64,000 bases of DNA from NCBI GenBank assembly GCA_963666985.2, contig CAXXIA010000002.1:704001-768000 (forward strand). Direction: 5' to 3'. How positions within the stretch are numbered: the first letter of the stretch is position 1; each line of letters begins with the position of its first letter. The notes beneath the pieces were generated by a model. That model was given only the letters and a program-made list of their open reading frames with translations. It did no database searches and was not told the DNA's origin. The position numbers and the translations under genes are program-made. Source of the DNA: Spirochaetia bacterium. GTDB taxonomy: Bacteria > Spirochaetota > Spirochaetia > DSM-2461. Below are positions 21,157 through 31,531 of the stretch, piece after piece.

Positions 21157-22044
21157 ATGCGCAAACGAAAAACACCCCTGGAAATTGTATCTATTGTACT
21201 GTTGGGGCTGGCATCGCTGGCAGCAGTTCTCCCTTTCATCCTGTTGATCGTATCATCCTTTGCGGACAACAATACGCTGATTAAAGAAGGGTATTCATTC
21301 TTTCCTTCGAAGCTCAGTATGGCCGCTTATAATTACCTGCGGGTACAGGGGCACGTTATATTCCGGGCTTACAGCATTACCATCATCGTGACGGTATTAG
21401 GAACCGTTGTCAGTTTGGCCATTTCTTCAATGCTGGCCTATGTGCTGTCTCGAAAAGATTTTCCCATGAGCCGTGTTATTACTTTCATCGTCTTTTTCAC
21501 CATGCTTTTTAATGGTGGACTTGTACCGACATATCTCCTTTATGCCAGCTACCTGAAAATTAAGAATACGATCTGGGCATTGATGATGCCTATGTTGTTG
21601 ATGAACGGGTTCAATGTTCTCATTATGAGAACCTATTATCGAACGAATGTCCCTGGAGCGGTGATTGAATCGGCAATCATCGACGGCGCCGGGGAATTCA
21701 GGATCTTCATGCAGATTGTCATGCCGCTTTCGGTGCCGATCATTGCGACCATCGGGCTTTTTGTCGGAATCGCATACTGGAATGATTGGTTTAACGGTCT
21801 GATTTATCTGACAAAGCCGAGTTTATTCAATATCCAGAATCTGCTTAATCGAATCCTTATGAACGTTCAATTCTTATCAACGACTACTGTCGGCAGTGAT
21901 GCTTCCGCAGCGATATCGAAACTACCGACTGTGTCGGTGAGAATGGCCATTGCGGTTATCGGTATTCTTCCGGTGCTGATTGCCTATCCGTTTTTTCAGA
22001 AATATTTCGTAAAAGGATTGGTTGTAGGAGCGGTGAAAGGATGA
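21157..22044 (+). CDS. Carbohydrate ABC permease (LplC-like)
   Basis: FNGGLVPTY, IESAIIDGA, YPFFQKYFVKG..GAVKG. Confidence 0.92.
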   Translation: MRKRKTPLEIVSIVLLGLASLAAVLPFILLIVSSFADNNTLIKEGYSFFPSKLSMAAYNYLRVQGHVIFRAYSITIIVTVLGTVVSLAISSMLAYVLSRKDFPMSRVITFIVFFTMLFNGGLVPTYLLYASYLKIKNTIWALMMPMLLMNGFNVLIMRTYYRTNVPGAVIESAIIDGAGEFRIFMQIVMPLSVPIIATIGLFVGIAYWNDWFNGLIYLTKPSLFNIQNLLNRILMNVQFLSTTTVGSDASAAISKLPTVSVRMAIAVIGILPVLIAYPFFQKYFVKGLVVGAVKG

Positions 22045-22083
22045 GACCTGTCATTTTTGCAAAAAAAACATTTGGAGGAACAT

Positions 22084-22500
22084 ATGTTTGATGAATTTAA
22101 CAAACTGATGGTGGCTGAATCCGACATCAGTAACATTAAAGCCGGTGAATCTGTTGTCGGTTATGAATTCAACGTTCAATACCCGTCTTACAGAGGGACT
22201 TTCTTGAGTTGTATTGAGGCCTTTACTGTAGACGTTGATGGTGAGGAAATCGCTCCTGATGAAATGGCATTCTTTATTAACGGCAAAGAGGTTTTGATCG
22301 AAGAATTGCATGAACTGTTCAGGGAATACTGGTTCATCTTGGATTATGCAAAGGTGAGAGTGTACCGGAAGGGAGGTCTGCCCCAGGGATCCACTCACAA
22401 GGTTCATGTCTTTATGAAGCATCGGATTCCCTATACGGGATATTTCGGGAACTACATGGTACTGGATGCGCATTGTCAGAAAGAACTCGCCGTAGGTTGA
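22084..22500 (+). CDS. DUF6379 protein, C-glycoside deglycosidase beta-subunit-like (DgpB-like)
   Basis: 138 aa; GYEFNVQYPSYRGTFLSCIE...VDGE...EYW pattern; GGAGGA RBS; precedes alpha-subunit-like gene. Confidence 0.75.
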   Translation: MFDEFNKLMVAESDISNIKAGESVVGYEFNVQYPSYRGTFLSCIEAFTVDVDGEEIAPDEMAFFINGKEVLIEELHELFREYWFILDYAKVRVYRKGGLPQGSTHKVHVFMKHRIPYTGYFGNYMVLDAHCQKELAVG

Positions 22501-22524
22501 TTCGGCAGCGAAGAGGAGAAGAAT

Positions 22525-23487
22525 ATGAATAGCGATATCAAACTCGGCGTAACATTATTCAGTTTTTCAGGTGTCTATTCTCAGCGGAGAATGGATCTGG
22601 AAGGTATTCTTAAAACGGTTCATGAGATGGGGTACAAAGGCATCGAACTGGTGGCGGCTCAGATGGTGCCCGAATATCCCGATCCCTCGGATCGATGGAT
22701 CGGCGAGTTCCGGAATCTTCTGGAGAAGTACAGCCTGGAGCTGGTTACCTGGAGTGCTTACATCGATATGGGGATACGATCCGACAGAGACCTGAGCCCT
22801 GCAGAGATCATCCAGTATACCCGGAACGATATGATTTACGCAAAAAGGGCAGGAGCCTCCATTGTTCGGACTCAGCATGCGATCACACCTGAAATCTTCA
22901 AGAGAATGATCCCGTTCTGCAAGGAGCTGGATATGAATTTGTCCATCGAGATGCATTCGCCTCATCATCCTGATGTTCCGGTATGGAAGGAATATCTGGA
23001 AATTATGGCATCTCCGGATTCGGAAGGTTATCTGGGGGTGGTTCCCGATTTCAGTATTTTCCAGCATACCCCCCATGAACCGGCGAAAAAGGAATTCATG
23101 GAAGGAGGATTTGATGAGGAGAAGCTGATGAGGGTTATCGCCCTTCATGATGCTGGGAAGAGCGAGGAAGAAATTCTATCTACTGAAAGTTTCACGGACT
23201 TCGAGAAACGGAGCGTACACGACATCAAGCACCGGTTTTCCGCACCTGCGAAGGTTGAAGATCTCGGAAACCTCTTGCCGTATGCGCCTTATATTCACGG
23301 CAAATTCCATTATCTTCCCGCAAATTGCGTGGACCCGACCATCCCGTTTGAGAAATTGATTCCCATCATCAAGGAATCTGGATTCAAAGGATATATCGCC
23401 AGTGAATACGAAGGCGGCGATGCGGAGCATACCGTTGAGCAGCTGTCGCGGTTTGTTAAGATGAACACGGCGTTGCTGAATTCATAG
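22525..23487 (+). CDS. AP_endonuc_2 TIM barrel, C-glycoside deglycosidase alpha-subunit-like (DgpC-like)
   Basis: KLGVTLFSF, GIELV..QM..EYP, IEMHSPH, VPDFSIF, IHGKF, SEYEG. Confidence 0.75.
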   Translation: MNSDIKLGVTLFSFSGVYSQRRMDLEGILKTVHEMGYKGIELVAAQMVPEYPDPSDRWIGEFRNLLEKYSLELVTWSAYIDMGIRSDRDLSPAEIIQYTRNDMIYAKRAGASIVRTQHAITPEIFKRMIPFCKELDMNLSIEMHSPHHPDVPVWKEYLEIMASPDSEGYLGVVPDFSIFQHTPHEPAKKEFMEGGFDEEKLMRVIALHDAGKSEEEILSTESFTDFEKRSVHDIKHRFSAPAKVEDLGNLLPYAPYIHGKFHYLPANCVDPTIPFEKLIPIIKESGFKGYIASEYEGGDAEHTVEQLSRFVKMNTALLNS

Positions 23488-23509
23488 CTCTGGATATCTT
23501 AGTAGCCAT

Positions 23510-23544
23510 GGCCGCTGTTTCTTCAAGAGACGGCGGCCGTTTTA
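23510..23544 (+). terminator. Intrinsic terminator
   Basis: GGCCGCTGTTTC-TTCAA-GAGACGGCGGCC followed by GTTTT. Confidence 0.65.
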
Positions 23545-23602
23545 TCTTAGGGGCGCGATCGCCTTGAAAGAAACATTGGCAACAGCCTAAACGTCATTTA
23601 AC

Positions 23603-25456
23603 ATGGATCAAGCTTATCTGATGAATATATTAAACCTGCGGTATGTGAAAGGATCTCTTAAGTTCAAGTTCACGATCATAATATTGGCAACGGCGTTTCC
23701 TTTAACAGCCTTGCTTGTCTTTCAGAATTTTTACTCGGTAACGCTTCTGCATGATCAAGTCGCTCGATCTCAGCAGAAGGTTCTTTCCCTATACATGAAT
23801 AAGATTGATATGGAATTGGATAATCTCGGCAGCTACATACACGGATTTCTTTCTTCCAGCCTGGATCTCGATTTTCTGGAGGATTCAACACCTGAAGATG
23901 CGGACTACCAGTTGGCAAAGATGCGGGTAGCGAATCTTTTTTCCAACGACATCATGCTTTACCACACCGCAGGAGGCTTCTTTACTTACTTGAGTACACA
24001 GGACGAACTCGTTTACAGGTATGACAACACTAGAGTCTGCTATGAAATGAAAGAATTACCAGAAATTAAGGCAACGCTTCAGAGGCCCCAGTGTTATCCT
24101 CCGGGAGTTTGGTCCATTGTTCTTGCCGGAAAAAGACCTATCCTGATACGGGTTGTGCAGACCGGCAATGTGTATGTCGGCGCCTGGATAGACGTGAAGG
24201 GCCTTCTTTCTCCCGATACCGGACTCATGGGCTATGAAGAAGGCGAGATCCTGTTTTTAGACAGAGACGGCCGATCTTATCCCGAATCGGAATTAATTAG
24301 GAAGAACCGAATCCGTCTCGAGAGCTTTTCGGAACCTTATGCCATCACAGGAAGTCCGGAGAAATATCTTGTGGTGGAGGAAGAGTCGCAATTTGGACTT
24401 TTCAGCCTTGTCGCCCTGATTCCGGATCGAAACATTCTCAGGCAATTGCCGTTTATCAGAGGATTGAACTGGGGCATCATCGTCATCGTCTTGCTGATAC
24501 TGGTCTTTTTCTACATTCTTCAGAACAGAATCCTGTTAAAACCCCTTTTTAATCTTATTTCGGCCATGGACCAGCTGAAAGACGGCGATTTCTCCGTGCG
24601 AATTTCAATGGAGAAGACAAGTCTTGAGTTCAATCAGCTTCATGAAACCTTCAATCTGATGGCTTCAAGAATCAAGGATCTGAAGATTGAAGTCTATGAA
24701 GAAAAGATGGAACTTCAGAAAGCAGAGCTTGCTTTCTTACGGGTTCAAATCAATCCGCATTTTTTCCTGAACAGCCTCAATATTCTCTATCAACTTGCGG
24801 AGATCGGAGAAAAGGACCTGCTGCAGCATATGGTGATGAATCTTTCCAAGTATTTTCAATTCGTCTTCAGGAGTACTTCTACGGTGGTGCTGATCGAAGA
24901 GGAACTGAAGCATGTCGAGACGTACCTGGACATACAAAAAATGAGGTATCCCTTAAGACTCTCGGTCAGTCTGGAAAGACCGGTTGCCATTCCGCAAGTG
25001 AGCGTTCCGCCGTTATTGCTTCAGACGTTCATAGAAAATAGCATTATGCACGGTTTTCTTCAGGATGAAGATTTGGAGATATCGATCAATATACGGGAAG
25101 AAGGAGATGATTTAAGCATTACCATCGCCGATACGGGATGCGGGTTTCCGGAGACGATCCTGAAAGCTTTTTCCGATCCGAAGGTCTCAGAGGGTCATGA
25201 CAGGTATAGCCATATCGGGCTGGAAAATGCAAGACGGAGGCTGCAGCTGATATACGGAGAGAGAGGGTGCATGAAAATCCGGAATCGAGGGAAGCCGGAG
25301 AAAGGCGCCATTGTACATATCCGCATTCCCCTTTCTCCAGCGGCGTTCAATGCCGATGGGGCCCGAATGCTTCACTTAATGAATAGTAATGCGGTACGGG
25401 TTCAGGACATCGTTTACACGAGAGTACCAGGACATCCTTTACACGACAAGAACTAA
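23603..25456 (+). CDS. YesM-type sensor histidine kinase; last codons supplied by IS left end
   Basis: Two TM segments, HAMP, QINPHFFLNSLN, IENSIMHG, DTGCG, HIGLEN. Confidence 0.9.
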   Translation: MDQAYLMNILNLRYVKGSLKFKFTIIILATAFPLTALLVFQNFYSVTLLHDQVARSQQKVLSLYMNKIDMELDNLGSYIHGFLSSSLDLDFLEDSTPEDADYQLAKMRVANLFSNDIMLYHTAGGFFTYLSTQDELVYRYDNTRVCYEMKELPEIKATLQRPQCYPPGVWSIVLAGKRPILIRVVQTGNVYVGAWIDVKGLLSPDTGLMGYEEGEILFLDRDGRSYPESELIRKNRIRLESFSEPYAITGSPEKYLVVEEESQFGLFSLVALIPDRNILRQLPFIRGLNWGIIVIVLLILVFFYILQNRILLKPLFNLISAMDQLKDGDFSVRISMEKTSLEFNQLHETFNLMASRIKDLKIEVYEEKMELQKAELAFLRVQINPHFFLNSLNILYQLAEIGEKDLLQHMVMNLSKYFQFVFRSTSTVVLIEEELKHVETYLDIQKMRYPLRLSVSLERPVAIPQVSVPPLLLQTFIENSIMHGFLQDEDLEISINIREEGDDLSITIADTGCGFPETILKAFSDPKVSEGHDRYSHIGLENARRRLQLIYGERGCMKIRNRGKPEKGAIVHIRIPLSPAAFNADGARMLHLMNSNAVRVQDIVYTRVPGHPLHDKN

Positions 25457-26735
25457 AATGATCAGCACTTTCCCTTATCGAGGTGCTGGTTATGCCGTGG
25501 AAGGAGACCAATATTATGGACGTCAAATTCGAGTTCGCCCTCAAGGCCATGGATCCCCATGTCTGTATGAAAGACCTCTGTGCTGAGTACGGGATCTCCC
25601 GGCCGACAGGCCTTAAATGGAAAAACCGGTTTATCCAGGAAGGGCTCGCCGGGTTGAAGGAACGACCCCGTAGACCTCGCAGCAGCCCCAACCAAACGCC
25701 TGAAGACGTTATATGCGGTATTATCCGGATCAAGACGTTGCACAACTCCAGCTGGGGGCCAAAAAAGATTCTCGAGATCTACCAGAAGACCCATCCTCAT
25801 AATAATCCCCCAAGCCTCACCACCGTCAAACGCATCCTTGATAAAGCAGGACTGGTTCATCATCGAAAGAAACGGCAGCAGACCAAAGGCAGCCGAATCC
25901 AAACACATCTGCAGGCCAAAGCCCCTAATGATATCTGGACGGTCGACTTCAAAGGATGGTGGTACACTCCCGATAATGAAAAGTGTGAACCTCTGACGGT
26001 TCGGGATGAATACTCCAAATACATCTTCACCATCAAAGCTCTCCAAAAGGCTGACACACAAGAAGTTAGAACAGAGTTCGAAAAGCTCTTTTTTCTCTAT
26101 GGAATCCCTCGGGTAATCCGCTCCGATAACGGACCACCCTTTGCTTCCATGAAGGGATTACTCGGACTCACCCGCTTAAGTGTTTGGTGGCTGGCCTTGG
26201 GAATTGAACTTGATCGCATCACTCCAGGAAGGCCTTGTGAAAACGGAGGGCATGAAAGAATGCATGCCGATATCAAACGCGAATTGCAGGGACAGATTCA
26301 AGGGAACCTCTCAGAACATCAGGCACACTTTGATGTTTGGAGAAATCAATTCAACAGTGTTCGTCCGCATGAAGCTCTCAAAATGCAGACTCCCGGAAGT
26401 ATTTACACAAAGTCCAATCGGCCTTTCCCTCCTCGAATCCCTCAGGTGATCTACCCGGCCGGGTATCTGGTGAGAATGGTGAATAATCGGGGAGCCGTTA
26501 CTATCGACAGGCATAGAGTCTTTGTCAGTTATGTCTTTTCAGGATACCAAGTTGGACTTCGGGAGAATGAGGATGAGAGCTTCACCGTATGGTTTGACAA
26601 TCTCAGATTGGGAGAAATTGATTTGAAAACCTATGCCTTTCTCCCTTCAGTTGATGGATTCAAATGCTTCGTTTAAGCTTGTTTTGTGTAAACGATGTCC
26701 TGAACCTAAAATGTAAAGGATGTCCTGGTCGCTCA
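25395..26735 (+). mobile_element. IS481-family insertion sequence
   Basis: Inverted pairs GGTTCAGGACATCGTTTACAC (25399-25419 / 26686-26706) and ACCAGGACATCCTTTACA (25426-25443 / 26712-26729); ATGC on both flanks; left end uncertain by a few bp. Confidence 0.85.
25492..26676 (+). CDS. IS481-family DDE transposase
   Basis: MPWKE start, HTH, WTVDFKG, RSDNGPPF, NGGHERMH, RPHEAL. Confidence 0.92.
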   Translation: MPWKETNIMDVKFEFALKAMDPHVCMKDLCAEYGISRPTGLKWKNRFIQEGLAGLKERPRRPRSSPNQTPEDVICGIIRIKTLHNSSWGPKKILEIYQKTHPHNNPPSLTTVKRILDKAGLVHHRKKRQQTKGSRIQTHLQAKAPNDIWTVDFKGWWYTPDNEKCEPLTVRDEYSKYIFTIKALQKADTQEVRTEFEKLFFLYGIPRVIRSDNGPPFASMKGLLGLTRLSVWWLALGIELDRITPGRPCENGGHERMHADIKRELQGQIQGNLSEHQAHFDVWRNQFNSVRPHEALKMQTPGSIYTKSNRPFPPRIPQVIYPAGYLVRMVNNRGAVTIDRHRVFVSYVFSGYQVGLRENEDESFTVWFDNLRLGEIDLKTYAFLPSVDGFKCFV

Positions 26736-26738
26736 ATG

Positions 26739-27878
26739 CTACCCGCTGACGGCACTGACCGCACAGCGGGTATTACGGAAATTAATGGGCGTATCGTTAA
26801 CAATCTTTTTGAAGGTGCAGGAAAAATGAGCCGGATTATCATAACCGCAGAGTGCGGCAATCTCACCGACAAGGAATTTTGAATTCACGAGAAGATCTTT
26901 GGCGAAGTCTATACGTTTCTGTATGATAAAGCCTGACGTGGAGACGCCCAATTCCTTCTTGAAAAGGCGCGTCAGATAATCGGGATTGACGCTGACATAA
27001 GCTGCGATTTCTTCGCATGTAATCTCTTCGGACAGATGCTGCTCTATGTATTCCATGGCCCTTCCCACATAGGAGTCTGATCTTCTCGCGTTTGAAAACG
27101 TGTTCATTGCATCATCGAGCGCGGAGTCTATCCAGCGGAGGAGTTCCGAAGTGCTTTCGCAGGCATCATGGTACTGAGCGACTTTTTCTTCCGTATCCAG
27201 CAGGCTGTGCGGCGATATATCCCTGGAATTGAGGATAGAGAGGAGAACGTACTGGAAATCCAGAAGGATCTTCTCCAGCAGGACTCGGTCCCGGCTTCTT
27301 TCTAGCGGAATCTTGCCGATCCAGTTCCTGACTTCAGAGCGCACCTTTTCAACCGCTCCTCCCTGTAGGAGAATGACCCAGCGTTTAACGTCTTGAGAGA
27401 AAAGGTTCTCCTCGTTTTCAGTCTCTGCGGCTTCAGTTTCGTAACAACTGAACAGTTGATCCCTGTATGATGGTACAGGAACCTGATGAACTGGCATCAC
27501 GCCCAGGGCCTGAAGAATGACCTGCCGGAGTTCAGATGACGCGACGGGCTTCACCAGATAATCAAAGCTCTTCAAGTGGATTGCCTTCTGGGCGAAATTG
27601 AAGTCCGAATGACAGGAGAGAATGATGAACTTTGTCTCCAATGAGTTTTCCTTCACCCATTGGAGAAGAGATAGCCCACTTTCCTGTGGCATTTCTATAT
27701 CACAGAGAATGACATCAACAGGATAGGATGTGAGTATATCCCTGGCCTGGGCGGCATTGAATGCCGTATGGATGCGTTCAATGCCTATTCTCTTCCAGTC
27801 CAGACATGATTTTATGCCTTCAACCGTATAAATCTCATCGTCAACAATAAGAATTGATTTCCCTGATGTATCGATCAT
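26739..27878 (-). CDS. YesN-type response regulator (REC + AraC HTH)
   Basis: LIVDDE, CDIEMP, YLVKP; NPDYLTRLFKK, HFSCTFKK. Confidence 0.93.
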   Translation of the reverse strand: MIDTSGKSILIVDDEIYTVEGIKSCLDWKRIGIERIHTAFNAAQARDILTSYPVDVILCDIEMPQESGLSLLQWVKENSLETKFIILSCHSDFNFAQKAIHLKSFDYLVKPVASSELRQVILQALGVMPVHQVPVPSYRDQLFSCYETEAAETENEENLFSQDVKRWVILLQGGAVEKVRSEVRNWIGKIPLERSRDRVLLEKILLDFQYVLLSILNSRDISPHSLLDTEEKVAQYHDACESTSELLRWIDSALDDAMNTFSNARRSDSYVGRAMEYIEQHLSEEITCEEIAAYVSVNPDYLTRLFKKELGVSTSGFIIQKRIDFAKDLLVNSKFLVGEIAALCGYDNPAHFSCTFKKIVNDTPINFRNTRCAVSAVSG

Positions 27879-27922
27879 AACAGTATCCTGGCGGAGGGGA
27901 ATCTCCGCTGATTCATTATACC

Positions 27923-28858
27923 TTACAGATTGGGGCCGAACGCATTATTTCCGAGCTGTTTCAAGTAGTCACGGCTCCGGATCAATGATTCCTGCCTGGA
28001 CGATAGAGAGCCTTCGAAATCGGCATCTTCAACTTCAATGCAGGCATGTCCGTTGTAGCCGATATCCTGCAGCGCATTGATGAACGCCTTCCAGTCGACG
28101 TCACCCCGGCCGGGGATGACAGGTGACATGTACTTGAGAGGTGTCGCCATGATGCCGACCCTGTCCAGTTTTTCTCGCCAGACCTTGATGTCCTTGAAGT
28201 GAATCTGAAATATCCGATCGGCGAATTCCCTGATGGGAGCGATGTATTCCATTTTCTGCCAGATGAAATGGGACGGATCATAGTTAAGGCCGAAATACGG
28301 GCTGGGAATAAGGCTGAACATTTCCTCCCAGATTTCGGGTGTTGTCGCCAGATTCAGCCCGCCCGGCCATTCATCGTTTGTAAACAGCATCGGACAGTTC
28401 TCAATGGCAATCCGGATCTCTCGCTCTTCCGCGTATTGAATGATCGGAGTCCAAACTGCCGGGAAGACTTTCAGATTTTCCTCGATGGTTTTGCTTTTAT
28501 CCCTGCCTATGAACGTGCCAACAGTATCGATTCCCATGAGCTTGGCCGAATCAATCAGCTTGTGGATGTGGGAAAGAAAAACAGACTGTCTTTCTTTCTC
28601 CGGATCCATGGGGTTGGGGTAGTAGCCGAGCGAAGCTATTTCGACGGAATTTTCCTTCAGAGTCATTTTGATATCATCCATGGCTTCCGGAGTGAGCGTT
28701 TCCATGTCGATGTGCGTGACACCGGCATACTTCCGTTCAATCTTTCCCTTTGGCCAGCACATGACTTCAATGCTGCTGAATCCATTCCGGGAAGCGAACT
28801 CGACGATGCCCTTGAAATCCATGTCCGACAGAATTGCACTTACGAACCCGAGTTTCAT
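27923..28858 (-). CDS. Sugar phosphate isomerase/epimerase-family TIM barrel (possible hydratase)
   Basis: LGYYPNP, IENCPM, NYDPSH, HFKD, IEVED. Confidence 0.85.
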   Translation of the reverse strand: MKLGFVSAILSDMDFKGIVEFASRNGFSSIEVMCWPKGKIERKYAGVTHIDMETLTPEAMDDIKMTLKENSVEIASLGYYPNPMDPEKERQSVFLSHIHKLIDSAKLMGIDTVGTFIGRDKSKTIEENLKVFPAVWTPIIQYAEEREIRIAIENCPMLFTNDEWPGGLNLATTPEIWEEMFSLIPSPYFGLNYDPSHFIWQKMEYIAPIREFADRIFQIHFKDIKVWREKLDRVGIMATPLKYMSPVIPGRGDVDWKAFINALQDIGYNGHACIEVEDADFEGSLSSRQESLIRSRDYLKQLGNNAFGPNL

Positions 28859-28869
28859 GGTCTACTCCC

Positions 28870-29967
28870 TTAGAAATTGATGATGGTTCCGTCTTTTTCT
28901 GAGTTGTAAATGCCCTCGAGGATTCGAGTTACAACCAAGGCCTCTTCCGGCTTCACAAGAGGGTCCGTATCGTTAATGACGGCGTTCAGCCACTGACGGG
29001 CTTCAAGATCCCCAGGTGCGGATGAATCAGAGTCGAAATAGGCGACACCTCCGGTGCCGGAGACGTGTTCCTCCATCATCTGTCCATACTGGGTTTTATT
29101 GAGAATCAGTTCGTAGGGAGGAGCCATGCCGCCGCGCAGTTCCGCGCCGCCCTCGGTGCCGCAGAGAGTCGTACAGGCTTCACGAGATTCAAGAACATTC
29201 AGAACCCAGGACGACTCAAGGAACACCGTGGCTCCGTTTTCGAACTTGATGAATCCGAAGGCCGAGTCTTCAACCTCATAGGTGGTAGGATCCCAGGGGC
29301 CGAAGACGTTTCCTTCAACCTTGTCCGCCATCTTGTAAAACACCGATCCGGTGACACTCTTCGGCTTGTAGTTGTTCATCATCCAGAGGGTGATGTCCAG
29401 AGCATGGGTGCCGAGATCGATCAGCGGTCCGCCGCCCTGCTGAGCCTTGTCCATGAACACTCCCCAGGTCGGAACGGCCTTTCTCCGGATGGCGTGGGCC
29501 TTGGCGAAATAAATGTCGCCGAGATTCCCGGACGCGCAGGCCTTCTTCAGAGTCAGCACGTCTTGCCTGAATCGGTTTTGATACCCGATGGTGAGTTTCT
29601 TCCCTGTTTTCTTCGCAGCATCCAGCATCTTCTTGGCGTCCTCATAAGTATGAGCCATGGGTTTTTCGCACATGACATGCTTCCCGGCATTTAACGCGTC
29701 GACCGTAATTTTCGAATGAAGGACGTTGGGGGTAAGGACATGAATGACGTCGATGGAATCGTCATTCAGGAGTTCCATATAGTCGGCGGAAATCTTCGCA
29801 TAGCCATCGGCATACTCCTTATTCGCTTTTTCCGCCCGTTCAATTTTTATATCGCAGAATGCAACCAACTCACAAAGATCCGATTGATGAGACAGGGAAG
29901 GAAGGTGTTTTTGATTGGCGATTCCTCCGCACCCTACAAGACCTATTTTCAATTTCTTGTTGTTCAT
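28870..29967 (-). CDS. Gfo/Idh/MocA family oxidoreductase
   Basis: GCGGIANQKH, CEKPMA, GGGPLIDLGTHALD; start ATG 29967 after AAGGAG. Confidence 0.93.
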   Translation of the reverse strand: MNNKKLKIGLVGCGGIANQKHLPSLSHQSDLCELVAFCDIKIERAEKANKEYADGYAKISADYMELLNDDSIDVIHVLTPNVLHSKITVDALNAGKHVMCEKPMAHTYEDAKKMLDAAKKTGKKLTIGYQNRFRQDVLTLKKACASGNLGDIYFAKAHAIRRKAVPTWGVFMDKAQQGGGPLIDLGTHALDITLWMMNNYKPKSVTGSVFYKMADKVEGNVFGPWDPTTYEVEDSAFGFIKFENGATVFLESSWVLNVLESREACTTLCGTEGGAELRGGMAPPYELILNKTQYGQMMEEHVSGTGGVAYFDSDSSAPGDLEARQWLNAVINDTDPLVKPEEALVVTRILEGIYNSEKDGTIINF

Positions 29968-30157
29968 AACTATCTCCTTACTTATCGTGATATCGATGAT
30001 ACTCTGGCGAAATTCCCGGTCGCCACCTAAGAAACGACCACTTGATTTCAACTATCCGACCCTGATTGGTCGATCGATCAGGTTTTATTGAGTCGGTGTC
30101 TTGCTTCCGGTCCTCTGCAAAGCCTCATGAGACCAGCCGGTTATTTATTCCTGTGTC

Positions 30158-31273
30158 CTACAGGTTGATCTTCCGTCCTTCCCTTCCCGATTGATAGATG
30201 GCGCAGATCATCTGCTGCGTCTTGAAGGCTTCCGCAGCGGTTATGTCCGGCGTCTTGCCCGCGGCTAGGCTGGAATAGAAATTGTCAATCTGAATATGAT
30301 GCGTTTTTCCCCAGTAGGGTCGTGGCGTTCTCCAGGTGACCGGGAACATCTCGACGCCCCATTCGTCCAGCGTTCTCATGGCTGTATCAGAGGTCTTCTC
30401 GTCAAAGAAAGAGGCGTAGTCCTCCTCGCTCACCGAATCCAGCGGGTTGTTGACGATAGTGACCTCCCGGCCGTCCAGATACGTGATAACCGCCTTGTCG
30501 AACTCCATGACGGCCGTGCCGTTTTCGCACTGGGTTTCGATGACAACCGGAGCGTTGTAGGTGAAGTTGTTGGAGGCAAAAAACACAGAGGTAACGCCGC
30601 TGGTGTAGGTAATCAGTCCTTCGGCGGTATCCTCGGTTTCGATTTCAGGATGATTCCGATTGTAGAAGGACGACTGAATATTGGCAATCGGTTCGTCGAT
30701 GAACCAGCGGGCAACGTCCATGACATGGATGGCCTGATCGATCATCAGCGATCCGCCTTCCTTGTCCCAGGTGCCGTGCCAATCGCTTCTCTTGTAGTAC
30801 TCCGCCGGCTTTGACCAGGTCAGGATAATCCTCTGGCCGATGATTCGGCCAAGATCCTCGGCCAGGGCTTTCTTGATTCCCATGGATGCCGCGGTATAAC
30901 GGTTCTGGCTAATGATGCCGATGGTCACTCTGTTGCGGGAACCGGCATCAAGGATGCCCTGAGCCTGCTCCATGTTGATCGCCATAGGTTTTTCGGAGAG
31001 TACATGCTTCCCGAGATTCGCTGCATCGATAACCATCGGCGCGTGCAGATAATGGGGCGTCAGGACATGAACCACATCGATGTCGTCTCTGGCCAACAGT
31101 TCATGGTAGTCGCTGTAGCTATCGCATTGAAAAAGTTTCGCAGCCATTTCCCTGGAGGTCGGATTGATGTCGCAGACGGCCTTGATTTCAACCATTTTCT
31201 GCTTGTGAAGCGGATAGGCGTGCATGGAGAATATTGCTCCGCACCCGATGATTCCTACACGGTATTTGTTCAT
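30158..31273 (-). CDS. Gfo/Idh/MocA family oxidoreductase
   Basis: IGCGAI, TPHYLH, SEKPMA, EGGSLMIDQAIH. Confidence 0.92.
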   Translation of the reverse strand: MNKYRVGIIGCGAIFSMHAYPLHKQKMVEIKAVCDINPTSREMAAKLFQCDSYSDYHELLARDDIDVVHVLTPHYLHAPMVIDAANLGKHVLSEKPMAINMEQAQGILDAGSRNRVTIGIISQNRYTAASMGIKKALAEDLGRIIGQRIILTWSKPAEYYKRSDWHGTWDKEGGSLMIDQAIHVMDVARWFIDEPIANIQSSFYNRNHPEIETEDTAEGLITYTSGVTSVFFASNNFTYNAPVVIETQCENGTAVMEFDKAVITYLDGREVTIVNNPLDSVSEEDYASFFDEKTSDTAMRTLDEWGVEMFPVTWRTPRPYWGKTHHIQIDNFYSSLAAGKTPDITAAEAFKTQQMICAIYQSGREGRKINL

Positions 31274-31531
31274 ATTCTGTCCTCAAAGTGTTTCGATTCT
31301 GTCCGGATACGGACGTATCGGCAGATCCATTGGCTTTAGGAAATCCGACATAAATGATGGTACACCCCGGATTCAGGCGGGCGCCACAAACGAGACGACT
31401 ATTTGCTTTCGACTATCCGACTCAGCCGAATGCGGCTGAGGCCCATGGTTCAGGTGCCATGGGCTTCCTAAGAGGATCTCAGCGGTTCGTGTCGGGTTCA
31501 AAGCCCCGCAGAGCCCTGAAGGCCAGCCGGT

